Both the position numbers and the translations under genes were made by a program. Positions 47,467 through 57,426 of a stretch of DNA of 64,000 nucleotides are shown piece after piece. Where the stretch lies: assembly GCA_965217115.1 (NCBI GenBank), contig OZ244239.1, positions 160,001 to 224,000 on the forward strand. Direction: 5' to 3'. The notes under the pieces are model-generated. The model did not search any database. It saw nothing but the letters and a program-made list of their open reading frames with translations, and had not been told where the DNA came from. This DNA is from Bdellovibrionales bacterium. GTDB lineage: Bacteria; Bdellovibrionota; Bdellovibrionia; Bdellovibrionales; CAYMLA01. Within the stretch, counting starts at the first letter, position 1. Each line of letters starts with the position of its first letter.

Positions 47467-47830
47467 TTTGGCCTCCTTGAGAAGGACCACTTTAACATAG
47501 AAAAATAGCTCTGGTTAGCCCGAGCAGCTCACCCTAGAAGAACGACGCTTCCCCCCAATAACAAATTCGTCTAGAGAAAACCCTTCTTCTAGTAAACTGG
47601 CTGATAAATTTAATTTAAACAAAGATTTCATCGATGGGCCTCCCAAGCGTAAAATTAATTGGCAGGACTCTACCCTCAGAAAGCTTTATTTTTTATCTGA
47701 ATAAGAAAGTGACTAAATACGACAATTCTTTGAAGATAAACTTATCAAAATGGGGCTAACAGCCTTCAGAGAGACGATAAGAGAACCCATAAAAGAAATC
47801 AAGGCTCGTAATTACAGTAGTTTAAGCCTC

Positions 47831-47846
47831 TGGCAAAGATTTTGCT
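47831..47846 (+). promoter_or_regulatory. Putative sigma54 promoter
   Basis: TGGCAAAGATTTTGCT. Confidence 0.7.
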
Positions 47847-47939
47847 CTATCTACAACTGAAACACAAAGTTCTTATTTTGAGGGAAGCATGGAGCCAACC
47901 AAGGAAATAGAACGTTACCAATAAAACTGAGGAAAAAAT

Positions 47940-48614
47940 ATGAAAATTATAGCAACGAGAAGGTTTTGGGTTATTGCCTCACTGACAATGTTTGTATCTG
48001 CACATGCTTACACAGCTGAGGAGAAAGTTCATACTTTAGATTCTTTGCCAGAGTGTCTCAGCTTAAACAATACACAAAAATCAACTTTTATAGACCCTCT
48101 TGAGTCAAGGACTGGAATAAAATTAGAGGTTGGTTATAGTTGTAAAGTAGCAACTAAGCTCACTAGAAATTACAGAAATAGAGGAGAAGTTAAGTGGACA
48201 CTCCTTTCTAATAGAGGCGGTGACAAGAAAATATGGGCCGTGGATACTCCTTATTGGGGCAAAATTGTTGTAAATTATGTTGAAGATGGCCTACATACTC
48301 ACGCTGATGCATTAAAAATATGTCATAGAGTAGAGAACCTCAGTATAAATGGGAAAGAAGAAGAAGTTCTTATGATGCTTCCAAAAACAGGCTTTAGATA
48401 CAAGGTGAAGAATAACCCTATAAATTTTGAACTCCTTTACTACTTAAATTACACGAGCATATTTCCACCTTCTTCTCCTTGGCCATTAAAATTCTGGTCA
48501 AACACACATGGTTATATGCACCATATGCGCTTGCTAACTTCCCTTGACGGTAGTACCAGCAGCACTGTTACTAAACACAAAGCCTCTGTTCGCTGCATGG
48601 GTAGAGCGGACTAA
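47940..48614 (+). CDS. Hypothetical secreted protein (C-terminal FWS...VRC motif)
   Basis: Signal peptide, GAGG SD; terminal motif recalls DUF1566/C-lectin-like folds. Confidence 0.7.
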   Translation: MKIIATRRFWVIASLTMFVSAHAYTAEEKVHTLDSLPECLSLNNTQKSTFIDPLESRTGIKLEVGYSCKVATKLTRNYRNRGEVKWTLLSNRGGDKKIWAVDTPYWGKIVVNYVEDGLHTHADALKICHRVENLSINGKEEEVLMMLPKTGFRYKVKNNPINFELLYYLNYTSIFPPSSPWPLKFWSNTHGYMHHMRLLTSLDGSTSSTVTKHKASVRCMGRAD

Positions 48615-48720
48615 ATTTTAGTATCAGTGACAGAAAGGCGAAACAATATCGATGATACCAGTTTGAATAAAATTATTTTACACCCCGGTTCTCCATTTCT
48701 CCTAAGATACCAAGAGATAC

Positions 48721-48953
48721 TATGCTCCTGTCACCCCCTACGGTTTTAAAAAAATAAATAATCACCTTGTCCCCTACCCTAAGCAAATCAAAATTTACCC
48801 ATGGTTGTTTCTTTTATTAATAATGACAGCCTCCCCTATCGGGCCACAGGTAAGAAACTAGAAGAGAGAGGAGTTAAGAACAGGAAAGGGACTGTTGCGT
48901 AGGGGCATGCTGTGATTTTATCTATTTATAAGAGGTGGAATACAAAGATATAG
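48721..48953 (+). pseudogene. Serine-recombinase 'Recombinase'-domain remnant
   Basis: TPYGFKK..HLVPYPKQ, then a frameshift, then LPYRATGKKLEERGVKNRKG..(TAG where Trp is expected)GHAVILSIYKRW. Confidence 0.65.
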
Positions 48954-48987
48954 GAGCTTTCTTTATAGCTATGAATCCCAAACGACG

Positions 48988-49018
48988 ATGGGCTGCGTAT
49001 TTCTACGCAGCCCATTTT
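48988..49018. terminator. Perfect 12-bp hairpin, probable terminator
   Basis: ATGGGCTGCGTA-tttc-TACGCAGCCCAT followed by TTT. Confidence 0.55.
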
Positions 49019-49107
49019 AAAACTCTAAATTTTTCGATTTCTAATTCGTCTCAGAACCTAGACTTTTTGACTGATCCCCTATGTTTATACAGTGGGCTCA
49101 GTTCATT

Positions 49108-49737
49108 TTATTCAATAATTCTTCTAGCCCAAGCAAAGTTTTTCTCTCTCCACTCCTGTAAGGGATGGGTTTGGACTCCTCCGCGAGAAGAATCAATGAC
49201 TATCCCTTCTTCAAGATAAATCATAACATGAGAGATTTTCGTTCGGTCTTTGTTCCAAAAAAATAATAAGTCACCTTTTCGCAAATGTTCAGTTGTTGCT
49301 AGAATCCTCCCTGCTGTTTGAGACTGGTTTATAACATTTGAATTAATGTAGATACCAAGGCCATAGTTATAGACCCAAGAAGTAAAGTTAGAACAATCTA
49401 ATCCCCCTAGTGATGGTATATGTCTATGCCTATAAGGCAAACCAATATATTTTTTGGCTACAAGATCAATTCTATGAAGTTTCCAAGAAACTGAATTATA
49501 AATAGGTGGAATATTTGGTTTGTGGAATTGAATAGGCCATGGCCCCCATTGGCTCCAATGCTCAGACCATGTGTTTGTCTTCTCTAAGGTTTCTGGCATA
49601 GAATCTCTGTGAACAAAGTCTTCTACCAAAGACGCATCAAACGCTGCTCTATTGAAGAAAAGTTGCGAACATTGATTTTTTTGTGCAATAGCTGTAAATG
49701 AAAAACAAAATATTGAAAGTACAAATAATCTAAACAT
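49108..49737 (-). CDS. Secreted NlpC/P60 peptidase
   Basis: IGLPY, GLDCSNFTSWVY, GDLLFF and SHV motifs; start refined to ATG 49737 after GGAGG. Confidence 0.88.
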   Translation of the reverse strand: MFRLFVLSIFCFSFTAIAQKNQCSQLFFNRAAFDASLVEDFVHRDSMPETLEKTNTWSEHWSQWGPWPIQFHKPNIPPIYNSVSWKLHRIDLVAKKYIGLPYRHRHIPSLGGLDCSNFTSWVYNYGLGIYINSNVINQSQTAGRILATTEHLRKGDLLFFWNKDRTKISHVMIYLEEGIVIDSSRGGVQTHPLQEWREKNFAWARRIIE

Positions 49738-49933
49738 GATGATAGTAACCTCCAAATATTCATAAACAAGAGGGCGTAGATTAAAAAGAATGGTTTATTT
49801 ATTCGATTTATTTTGAATTCCTGAGCGATTATAACAGGCCTTAGTGTCTCTGAGGGGAAAAATAGGTGCCATTGTAATTTTTCCACGATTTTTAAAGTTT
49901 GCTTTTAAAAGCGAGCTTTCTCGAATGTAAAAA

Positions 49934-50205
49934 AAAGACGACACCCAACTCATTGACCTGTCAGGTTCTTTTAACCTCTTAAAAACCTTCTACAAGGGAA
50001 TAGACAAGGTTCCTGTCGGCGAACAAGCTCAACTCTTAGAACGTATTATTAAAGAAATCATCATCCACCGAGACAAAGTGGACTTAAGAATCTACGGGGC
50101 AGAGAAACTCGACTTTGATCCCAAAAAAAGAATCACTCTAAAAGCACTTTCAGTAAATTAGAACTCAGCTAGTGCTGAGGTCGGTGGTTCGTTCCGGACT
50201 GAGAT
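49934..50205 (+). pseudogene. C-terminal remnant of a large serine recombinase abutting the tRNA 3' end
   Basis: EQAQLLERIIKEIIIHRDKVDLRIY; stop at 50159; frame continues GGSFRTEIGGG into the antisense tRNA. Confidence 0.65.
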
Positions 50206-50281
50206 TGGTGGAGGTGACAGGGATCGAACCTGCGACCTCAACGCTGCCAGCGTTGCGCTCTCCCAACTGAGCTACACCCCC
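50206..50281 (-). tRNA. tRNA-Ala (GGC)
   Basis: GGGGGTGTAGCTCAGTTGGGAGAGCGCAACGCTGGCAGCGTTGAGGTCGCAGGTTCGATCCCTGTCACCTCCACCA; G3-U70 pair. Confidence 0.97.
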
Positions 50282-50366
50282 ACAAAATGGGATTAGAATA
50301 GATAGGAATTATGATTGAGAAGGGGGGTATAAGCAAGGTAATCAAATCTTTTTTAGGTGGAATCCC

Positions 50367-51608
50367 TTAAATGCGGCGAGATTCGAGGAGTTCGATGTAC
50401 TCTTTTCCATTGTACTCACGACTCTGGCCGTCTTTGCGGAAAACATAAACTTCAGCTTGGTCAATAAGCCCACTCAATTGTTCGGAGAAATCATGCTCCT
50501 CTAAAAACCTCTGCCAATAATGGGATGAACCGCGAGTGACGGGATTCTTAGAAGCCAACATCGCACAGGCATCATCATGGGGGCGCACCGAGATATCGTG
50601 GGTGCCAATTCGGCGTGACCAATCAATGATCTCCTGCTTACAAAAACCCAGGAGAGGGCGCAGCAACGGCAGCTCCAATCCCCTTTCCACCAGAGAGATA
50701 TTTTCAATCGTCTGACTGGAAACCTGCCCCAAGGCATCACCTGTCACAAGACCGTCTGCCTGTAACCTCTTAGCCAGTATCTCCCCCGCCTCCACCATGT
50801 ATCGACGGAATAGGAGCGTGCGATAACCCTGGCGACACTGCTTAGCGACTAACGACTGCATATCACCAAAAGGCACAATAAATAACTGCCCCCTACGTTG
50901 ATACTTAGACAGAACCCTTGAAAGACTTAATACCTTATCCTTTACTTCATCACCAACAAAGGGATAGGCATGGAAAAATATAAAAGTCTGATCACAACCA
51001 CGGCGAGACATTAAGAAACTCGCCACTGGAGAATCAAACCCACCAGATAATAATGTCACCAGATGTCCACCCGTCCCTACGGGCAACCCTCCGACGGCCT
51101 TCACACTCTTGGTGTAAATATAAATTCTCTCATGGGTGATCCTAATATTAATCGTTAAATCAGGATCATCCATGGTGACAGGTAACCCATAGTGATGGCG
51201 ACGTATGAGATGCCCGACTTTACGACTGACCTCCATGCTGTTCATTGGAAAGCTCTTCTCCGTTCTCTTTGTAATAATACGAAAGCTCTTCGGAAGCTCT
51301 GGTAATTGATCGATCTCCTCTAAAATCACTGGAGTGATTAAATCAAAATCACAGGCTATCTCTCGGCAAAGCCCTATTTGATAGAGCCCAGGAATATTTT
51401 GAAGCTCCCCGGCGATTAACTCAGAGAACCCCTCTTGGCAACGCAAGGCAAACTTTGGCCCCTCTAACTTTAAAGTGAAATTCTCACCATGAAAAGCCCT
51501 GACTACCGAGTGCAGAGTTTGCTTTAAAATATTCAGCAAGATTCGACGGTTCTTCCCCTTTAACCACACTTCATCTACGCTTAATAATAATGTTTGATAG
51601 TCTTTCAT
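50367..51608 (-). CDS. thiI: tRNA 4-thiouridine synthase (no rhodanese domain)
   Basis: EVWLKGKNR, THUMP domain, GGLPVG, LSGGFDSPVA and GQVSSQT motifs. Confidence 0.93.
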   Translation of the reverse strand: MKDYQTLLLSVDEVWLKGKNRRILLNILKQTLHSVVRAFHGENFTLKLEGPKFALRCQEGFSELIAGELQNIPGLYQIGLCREIACDFDLITPVILEEIDQLPELPKSFRIITKRTEKSFPMNSMEVSRKVGHLIRRHHYGLPVTMDDPDLTINIRITHERIYIYTKSVKAVGGLPVGTGGHLVTLLSGGFDSPVASFLMSRRGCDQTFIFFHAYPFVGDEVKDKVLSLSRVLSKYQRRGQLFIVPFGDMQSLVAKQCRQGYRTLLFRRYMVEAGEILAKRLQADGLVTGDALGQVSSQTIENISLVERGLELPLLRPLLGFCKQEIIDWSRRIGTHDISVRPHDDACAMLASKNPVTRGSSHYWQRFLEEHDFSEQLSGLIDQAEVYVFRKDGQSREYNGKEYIELLESRRI

Positions 51609-51630
51609 AATCGTTGGCTCAACCGGACCG

Positions 51631-52782
51631 TCACTTTAATAATTGACACAAGTCTAAATATTCTTGGGAGATGATCTCTACCGCTAAAGTGATCTCCTCT
51701 TCCTCTAGTACATGACTTAAAGAAACCCTTAAAATTTCACCGTGCTGTTTTTCATCAAGCCCCAAAGCCCCATAAACTGGACTGATCTTTTCCTCTCCCC
51801 TGCTCGAACACGCTGAAGAGCTGGACAAGATCACACCTCTACGCTCCACATGACGAAGCAATACATCACTGGAGACACCGGGAAAAACGGCACTCACTAT
51901 GTAGGGATTCTCAGAGAGAAAGGGAAACTCCACCTGGGGACACTTTTCCTTTAAGGAATCCTTAAATAAACAGGCCCGTTCTCTGACTTTTAAACCCCTT
52001 TGAGTCATCTGGGTGTAGGAATTTTTAATGGCCTCTCCCCAAGCAATGATTGCGGGGCCATTAACTGTTGATGAACGAAATCCAAATTCATGGTTTCCAC
52101 CCAAGAGCCATGGTTTCAGGTTTGTGCTCTTACGAAAAATAAGCGCGGAAACACCCTTTGGGCCGCCCATCTTGTGACCGTTCACAGTTAAAGAATCTAT
52201 CTGTGACCCTTGCAAAGACAGGGGGAACTTAGCAAAACCCTGAACACCATCAACATGAATGTGTATATTTGGAAACTTGCTCTTAACCCTACAGGATAAC
52301 TTCTCCACATCCGTTATCATTCCAATGGAGTTATTCACCCATAACAAGTTCAATAACTTCGTGTCGCTATTTATCTCTGACAGAAGGTGGTCCTCATCCA
52401 ATCGACCCCCTGAAAAACGTAACTCTCTGTAGTCCCAATTATAATCTGTCTCTAACTTCACAACTGGCTCGATCAAACTTGGGTGATAGGACTTCGAGCT
52501 CATAACAGTGCCCCTATCCACGTTTTTTGAGAAATGCTCCAGAACCCAATTATTAGACTCTGTGGCTGAGCTTGTGAACACGACTTGATAATCTTGCTCT
52601 AAAGCTTTTAGATTTTGCCTTAAGAGATTTCTGACTTTTTCAATTTTTTTATTTTGCTCTCTACCTAAGACATGTGCCGCAGCTGAATTGCTATAATCCT
52701 CTTTAAGAGATCTATGGAAGACCTCAACACTCTCTACATCCATGGGAGTCGAGGCCGCATGATCTAAATAAATGGCTGTCAC
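51631..52782 (-). CDS. Cysteine desulfurase (IscS/NifS family)
   Basis: IYLDHAASTP, FTSSATESNN, GHKMGGPKG and SSACSS motifs. Confidence 0.92.
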   Translation of the reverse strand: MTAIYLDHAASTPMDVESVEVFHRSLKEDYSNSAAAHVLGREQNKKIEKVRNLLRQNLKALEQDYQVVFTSSATESNNWVLEHFSKNVDRGTVMSSKSYHPSLIEPVVKLETDYNWDYRELRFSGGRLDEDHLLSEINSDTKLLNLLWVNNSIGMITDVEKLSCRVKSKFPNIHIHVDGVQGFAKFPLSLQGSQIDSLTVNGHKMGGPKGVSALIFRKSTNLKPWLLGGNHEFGFRSSTVNGPAIIAWGEAIKNSYTQMTQRGLKVRERACLFKDSLKEKCPQVEFPFLSENPYIVSAVFPGVSSDVLLRHVERRGVILSSSSACSSRGEEKISPVYGALGLDEKQHGEILRVSLSHVLEEEEITLAVEIISQEYLDLCQLLK

Positions 52783-52790
52783 ATTTGCCT

Positions 52791-53828
52791 CTAAAATGCC
52801 TGATCTAGCACGAAATAAACCGAAGGCTTGCTCTCGGCGACACCCACATCTAAACGAATGGATGTTCCATCTTCTCCAATGAAATAATGTCCGCCAAACC
52901 CCAGGCCCGAGTGATCTTCAGCACTGTCCAAAGCTGCCAGAGAAGGGGCCACCTTCCCTAGAGCTGCAAAGACACTGGCTCCCCAATTGTTCCATTTCTT
53001 GCGCAATTCTATCTGCAAAAAACCACGGGCCAAATCTTTAAACCGCCCTGAATAGAAACCTCTTAAAACCCTCTTTCCTCCCAATTCCAATAGAGATCGG
53101 AAAGGAACACTCTTCTCAGAGCCATCTAGGCGTGCTAATCCAAACTGCAAGGCTGCAACTAGGTTTTCACCCATCGTCCAATACTGTCTTAAATCTAAAT
53201 CCCACTGCCCAAAATCATAACTTCTATGATTATAATCCCAATAGGTGAGCTTATAAAATCCCCCTTCAGAAGGATAACGAAGCAAGTCCCTATCATCCCA
53301 AGAAACTCCCCCTCCAAAGCCTTGGAGAGTGTAGGATTTCAAATCAGAGTTCTCCTGAATCAACTGGTCTAAGATTTTCCCTGCCTCAACCTTATACAGA
53401 TTTCTAACAGCTCGAGCATAGCCTAAGTGTAAGTAAATATTTTCAATGGCTTGCCAAGAGCCTTCTACCTTTTGAATTTCTGATCTCTCCGAGAATTCTT
53501 CAAACTCTAGGCGATCAGTTTTATTTCCCGTCTCAAAATATCGATTGGGGAAATCTTCGTAAATGAATTCAGAGAATAAATTAAAACGACCTTCCTGAAA
53601 CCAGAAATTAGGACGAACAATCAGAATCGATTGAGATTTTGCTGTATAGACACCAATATAACGAATCCCTGAAGAACGCCCATCTTGGATTTCACCAAAG
53701 TTTTGTAAATAGATCACCCCCCCAGCAAGACTTGTCTCGGGAGTGTAATAAACCACAGGAATCGTGCTATTCTTGGCATTTACCAAGCTAGCTGCAAGTA
53801 AAACTGTAATAAAAAATAACCGCCTCAT
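52791..53828 (-). CDS. Omp85/BamA-TamA-like beta-barrel without POTRA domains
   Basis: YYTPET, WDDRD..YP..G and LRGFYSGRFKD motifs; C-terminal QAF. Confidence 0.8.
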   Translation of the reverse strand: MRRLFFITVLLAASLVNAKNSTIPVVYYTPETSLAGGVIYLQNFGEIQDGRSSGIRYIGVYTAKSQSILIVRPNFWFQEGRFNLFSEFIYEDFPNRYFETGNKTDRLEFEEFSERSEIQKVEGSWQAIENIYLHLGYARAVRNLYKVEAGKILDQLIQENSDLKSYTLQGFGGGVSWDDRDLLRYPSEGGFYKLTYWDYNHRSYDFGQWDLDLRQYWTMGENLVAALQFGLARLDGSEKSVPFRSLLELGGKRVLRGFYSGRFKDLARGFLQIELRKKWNNWGASVFAALGKVAPSLAALDSAEDHSGLGFGGHYFIGEDGTSIRLDVGVAESKPSVYFVLDQAF

Positions 53829-53856
53829 CTATATAACTCCTTCTTCCTGTTTAAAA

Positions 53857-56427
53857 TTAAAATCGATAGGCTCCTCGAACATAATAGAACCCACCGCCAG
53901 TGCCAATGGGCGAAGTCAGCGCATAACGGGCGCCCGCCATTTTACCGTACAGTTTATTCTCATCAGGTCTTTCATCAAGAACGTTCTTAGCACCCACAAC
54001 AAAGTTCAAGTTATTATTAAAATCATAGCCCACTTCTAAATCCAGGGTGTATTCAGCACTGATATCTTCAAGGGGCAGATTCGAATCAAGATGATCTTCA
54101 AAGATAGAACTAAAATAATTGACTCGTCCAAGAAAACGCCAATCGCCGTTTAGATGGGTCGTCGTTAGACTGTGACGGACACTGGGGAGATTCCCTTCAA
54201 TGTTTTTAATACGAGCGTCAGAAAGATTTGCCTCAGGCTCTCCATCATCACGACTAAAGAGCTTAACATCTTTCACTTCCGTGTCCGTCCAGTTAAGGGC
54301 AAATGCAAATCTTGTCTGCCCACGGAACATATTCACATCATAGTTAGCAACAAGATCTATTCCTTGAGTTATCGTCTTAAAATCATTTGTAAAAAAAGAA
54401 ACCTCACTAAAACTCGAAGCATCCTCCACTCCCCTGCTTGTGAGATCATCAATATCTTCCTGAGTCAGTGTAATTCCCGAAGTGGTGCTAATCCTATCCT
54501 CAATATCTATTCTAAAATAATCCAAAGTTAAAAAGAATCCGTTGTCTAATTCACCTACAAAACCAAAGCTAAAGTTCACAGAGTTTTCGGGCTTTAAGGG
54601 GTTCGCTCCCTTCTTCTGAGAGATTGGATCCGACGGTGGCAATGTCGCTCGATCCCTGAGGCCATCCTCTGTGAAGGCCGTTGTTACGTTACGAACATTA
54701 CTTTGACCAATAGTAGGAGCTTTAAAACCTGTGGACAAGGCCCCGCGCACAGCCCAACTCCCATTGAGTTGATAACGTGTTGCGAGTTTCCCGTTTGTCG
54801 TACTGCCAAAATCAGAAAAATTCTCGTGTCTTATCGCCACACCAACCACAGTGTCTTCCAATGGATAGGTCTCAACATCCAGGTAGAGAGCTGTGCTATT
54901 GCGTCCCTCTTTTTCTTCGTATTTTTTATTTAACCCAGGAAACCCATTGGAGCCAACCCCAAAACCCTGATCTGCCAGTGGCCCTGCTTCGTAGGAAGCC
55001 CTGTCACCTGCAATGGACTCAAAGGATTCATAGCGATACTCCGCTCCCCCAGCCATAGAGACAGGCTCTCTTAAACCAATATCAAGTGTTTTTTCGACAC
55101 TCAACTCAATAGATTTCTCATCTTGAATATAGTCACCAGGTTTAAACGAAGTTGGGGAGCTAGCACCCAACGATGGATTCACCGTATTATAGATCGAGTA
55201 ACTGATATGATTTTTTCCCCAGGACGTACTGAGATCATAGGACCAATCGCCACTTGTCTTTCCCTTCAAGCCAGTCGTTAGAGACGTATCCTTAATTGTA
55301 CCAGCAAATCGAGGGGTGAACCCTCCAGGGAAGCGTTCATTAAAAGCCCAGCAATTCTTCCCGACATCCGTTGTGTTATCTGCAATTATCTCATAACTAG
55401 GATCATCTAAGACATTGTCACCCAGAGGAACGGTGGGACATGGTATACCATTACCAACACCGTCCATGTCTCCAACAAGTAGATCCGTCCCGTTTTCTCC
55501 CCTGTAGACTCCTGAACGTGTATGGGGATTACGAAAGTAGAAACCTCCATCCACGGCTCTCTGTGCATAGTTACCAAAGAGATAAACATGCATCCGAGAG
55601 CTTATGTCGAATCCTGAATTAACAAAGAATTTTAGATCTTGATTCACTTCAGGAGAGCCCCACGTTTGCGCTGGGTTTTTAACAAAAGTGTTACCAGCTT
55701 CGATCAACGCCGCTGCACCACCCCTCTGAATACTTCTGCTTGTTTCAGACACATTGCGAGATTCAAAACTAAAATTTGCAAAACCTTTTTTTGTCAGGGG
55801 GACACCCACATTACCAGAGTATTGGGCCCCATTGCCATCTCCTTCATAATAACCGCCGTATTGCACTTCAAGAGTTCCCCCTTGATTGCTATCCTTGAGT
55901 ACAAAGTTAATGGCTCCTGCGATAGCATCTGAACCGTATTGTGCCGAAGCCCCATCACGCAGAACTTCAAGTTGTTTTAAGGCAATAGCTGGTATTGTTG
56001 ATATGTCTGGGCCTTGGGAGCCATCAGATAAACCTCCACCAAGAAACGTGATAACAGCAGATCTGTGACGACGTTTTCCGTTAACCAGTACTAAAGTGTG
56101 ATCTGAAGATAGACCCCTTAAATTTGCTGGACGGACAAATGTGGATGCATCATTTATCTGCTGCTCGTTGACATTAAATGACGGAACCATTGCTTGAATC
56201 ATGGAGAGCATATCCGTTGAGCCCTGTTGTTTAAGCTCTTCTGCGGAGATAATATCTAACGGCACAGTTGAATCACCCATAGAACGGGGAGCTGCCCGTG
56301 TTCCGATCACAGCCATTTTTTCAATGCCCCCTGTTTTTTCTTTCTCAGCAGATTTACTGCTCTCAGCAGAAACCAAGGAAATAAATACAAGGAAAACTAA
56401 TAGATTAAAGATATTTCTCACTTCCAT
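53857..56427 (-). CDS. TonB-dependent receptor
   Basis: LVLVNGKRRH and EVLRDGASAQYGSDAIAGAIN plug motifs; C-terminal YRF. Confidence 0.95.
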   Translation of the reverse strand: MEVRNIFNLLVFLVFISLVSAESSKSAEKEKTGGIEKMAVIGTRAAPRSMGDSTVPLDIISAEELKQQGSTDMLSMIQAMVPSFNVNEQQINDASTFVRPANLRGLSSDHTLVLVNGKRRHRSAVITFLGGGLSDGSQGPDISTIPAIALKQLEVLRDGASAQYGSDAIAGAINFVLKDSNQGGTLEVQYGGYYEGDGNGAQYSGNVGVPLTKKGFANFSFESRNVSETSRSIQRGGAAALIEAGNTFVKNPAQTWGSPEVNQDLKFFVNSGFDISSRMHVYLFGNYAQRAVDGGFYFRNPHTRSGVYRGENGTDLLVGDMDGVGNGIPCPTVPLGDNVLDDPSYEIIADNTTDVGKNCWAFNERFPGGFTPRFAGTIKDTSLTTGLKGKTSGDWSYDLSTSWGKNHISYSIYNTVNPSLGASSPTSFKPGDYIQDEKSIELSVEKTLDIGLREPVSMAGGAEYRYESFESIAGDRASYEAGPLADQGFGVGSNGFPGLNKKYEEKEGRNSTALYLDVETYPLEDTVVGVAIRHENFSDFGSTTNGKLATRYQLNGSWAVRGALSTGFKAPTIGQSNVRNVTTAFTEDGLRDRATLPPSDPISQKKGANPLKPENSVNFSFGFVGELDNGFFLTLDYFRIDIEDRISTTSGITLTQEDIDDLTSRGVEDASSFSEVSFFTNDFKTITQGIDLVANYDVNMFRGQTRFAFALNWTDTEVKDVKLFSRDDGEPEANLSDARIKNIEGNLPSVRHSLTTTHLNGDWRFLGRVNYFSSIFEDHLDSNLPLEDISAEYTLDLEVGYDFNNNLNFVVGAKNVLDERPDENKLYGKMAGARYALTSPIGTGGGFYYVRGAYRF

Positions 56428-56640
56428 ACCACTCTCTTTAGTCGATTGTTTTAAGATTAAGGTGATATACAGAGGATGAAATTAGAGTTCAACAGAAACC
56501 TCCGGAATCACCATCTAGCTACATGCGTTATCACCGTTCTTAAATTCCATTCTCCTAAAGATTGCAACCAATCAAATATAAATATAGCACCTTGACAGTT
56601 AATAGCACTCCTATCAATATACGGCAGTATTTGGGAGGAT

Positions 56641-57426
56641 ATGTTTATGAAATTATACGATGTTTTACTAAAACCATTACTAATAGCCTGTGTTCTTGCA
56701 TTGACACCATTGGCTCTATCAAAAAATGTCAAGACAGACACCAATATTAAAGAACAAGGGGTTAATCATCAACAGGCCCAAAAATCTCAAAGAAAGATCT
56801 CCCAAATAGCACAAAAGACTCAATCCTTGGTGGAACAGTATCGACTGACTTTAGAGAGAATTGAAAATGCCAAAATCTATAACGCCCAACTGGAAAAATT
56901 GCTTCAGTCACAAGAGGCTGAAATGATCTCTATGAAAGAGGATATTCAAAGCCTAAAGCACACCAGTAAAGAGATCATCCCTCTTATGATCCGAATGATA
57001 GATACACTTGAGAAGTTTGTGGAATTGGACATGCCTTTTCTGCCTGGTGAACGTAAACGCCGAATAACTGAACTTAAGAATATTATGAAGAGAGCTGATG
57101 TCTCTAACTCTGAAAAATACCGACGTATACTGGAATCCTATCAAGTTGAAAGTGAATACGGCCGTACTATTGAGGCCTATGAAGATCATTTTACCATTGA
57201 TTCACAGAAACTAATGGTCAATTTTCTGCGCATTGGCCGTATTGCTCTTTTTTATCAGTCTATTGATGGGTCCCTATCTGGTATGTGGGATATTAAAAAT
57301 AAAAAATGGCAACCTCTGTCAGATTTTGAACGTTCTATTCGCGATGGATTGAGAATGGCCCGTAAACAAAAGGCTCCGAATCTTCTTAAATTACCCATAC
57401 AAACAGTCCAAAAGGTCTCCCAATGA
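56641..57426 (+). CDS. DUF3450-family protein (TonB2-system associated)
   Basis: D.PFL..ER..R, EKYRRILE.YQ.E.EYG and FLRIGRIAL motifs. Confidence 0.88.
   Translation: MFMKLYDVLLKPLLIACVLALTPLALSKNVKTDTNIKEQGVNHQQAQKSQRKISQIAQKTQSLVEQYRLTLERIENAKIYNAQLEKLLQSQEAEMISMKEDIQSLKHTSKEIIPLMIRMIDTLEKFVELDMPFLPGERKRRITELKNIMKRADVSNSEKYRRILESYQVESEYGRTIEAYEDHFTIDSQKLMVNFLRIGRIALFYQSIDGSLSGMWDIKNKKWQPLSDFERSIRDGLRMARKQKAPNLLKLPIQTVQKVSQ

Noticed and set aside
47500..47800. Possible decayed gene next to the IS3 scar (also 45580-45745 on the minus strand)
   Set aside because: Protein-like stretches are interrupted by stops and I cannot assign a family.
19760..50205. Whole region between the two tRNAs as a single island or prophage
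   Set aside because: It contains likely core genes (fadD, Nfu scaffold); no tRNA-Val 3' duplicate was noticed; no phage structural genes.
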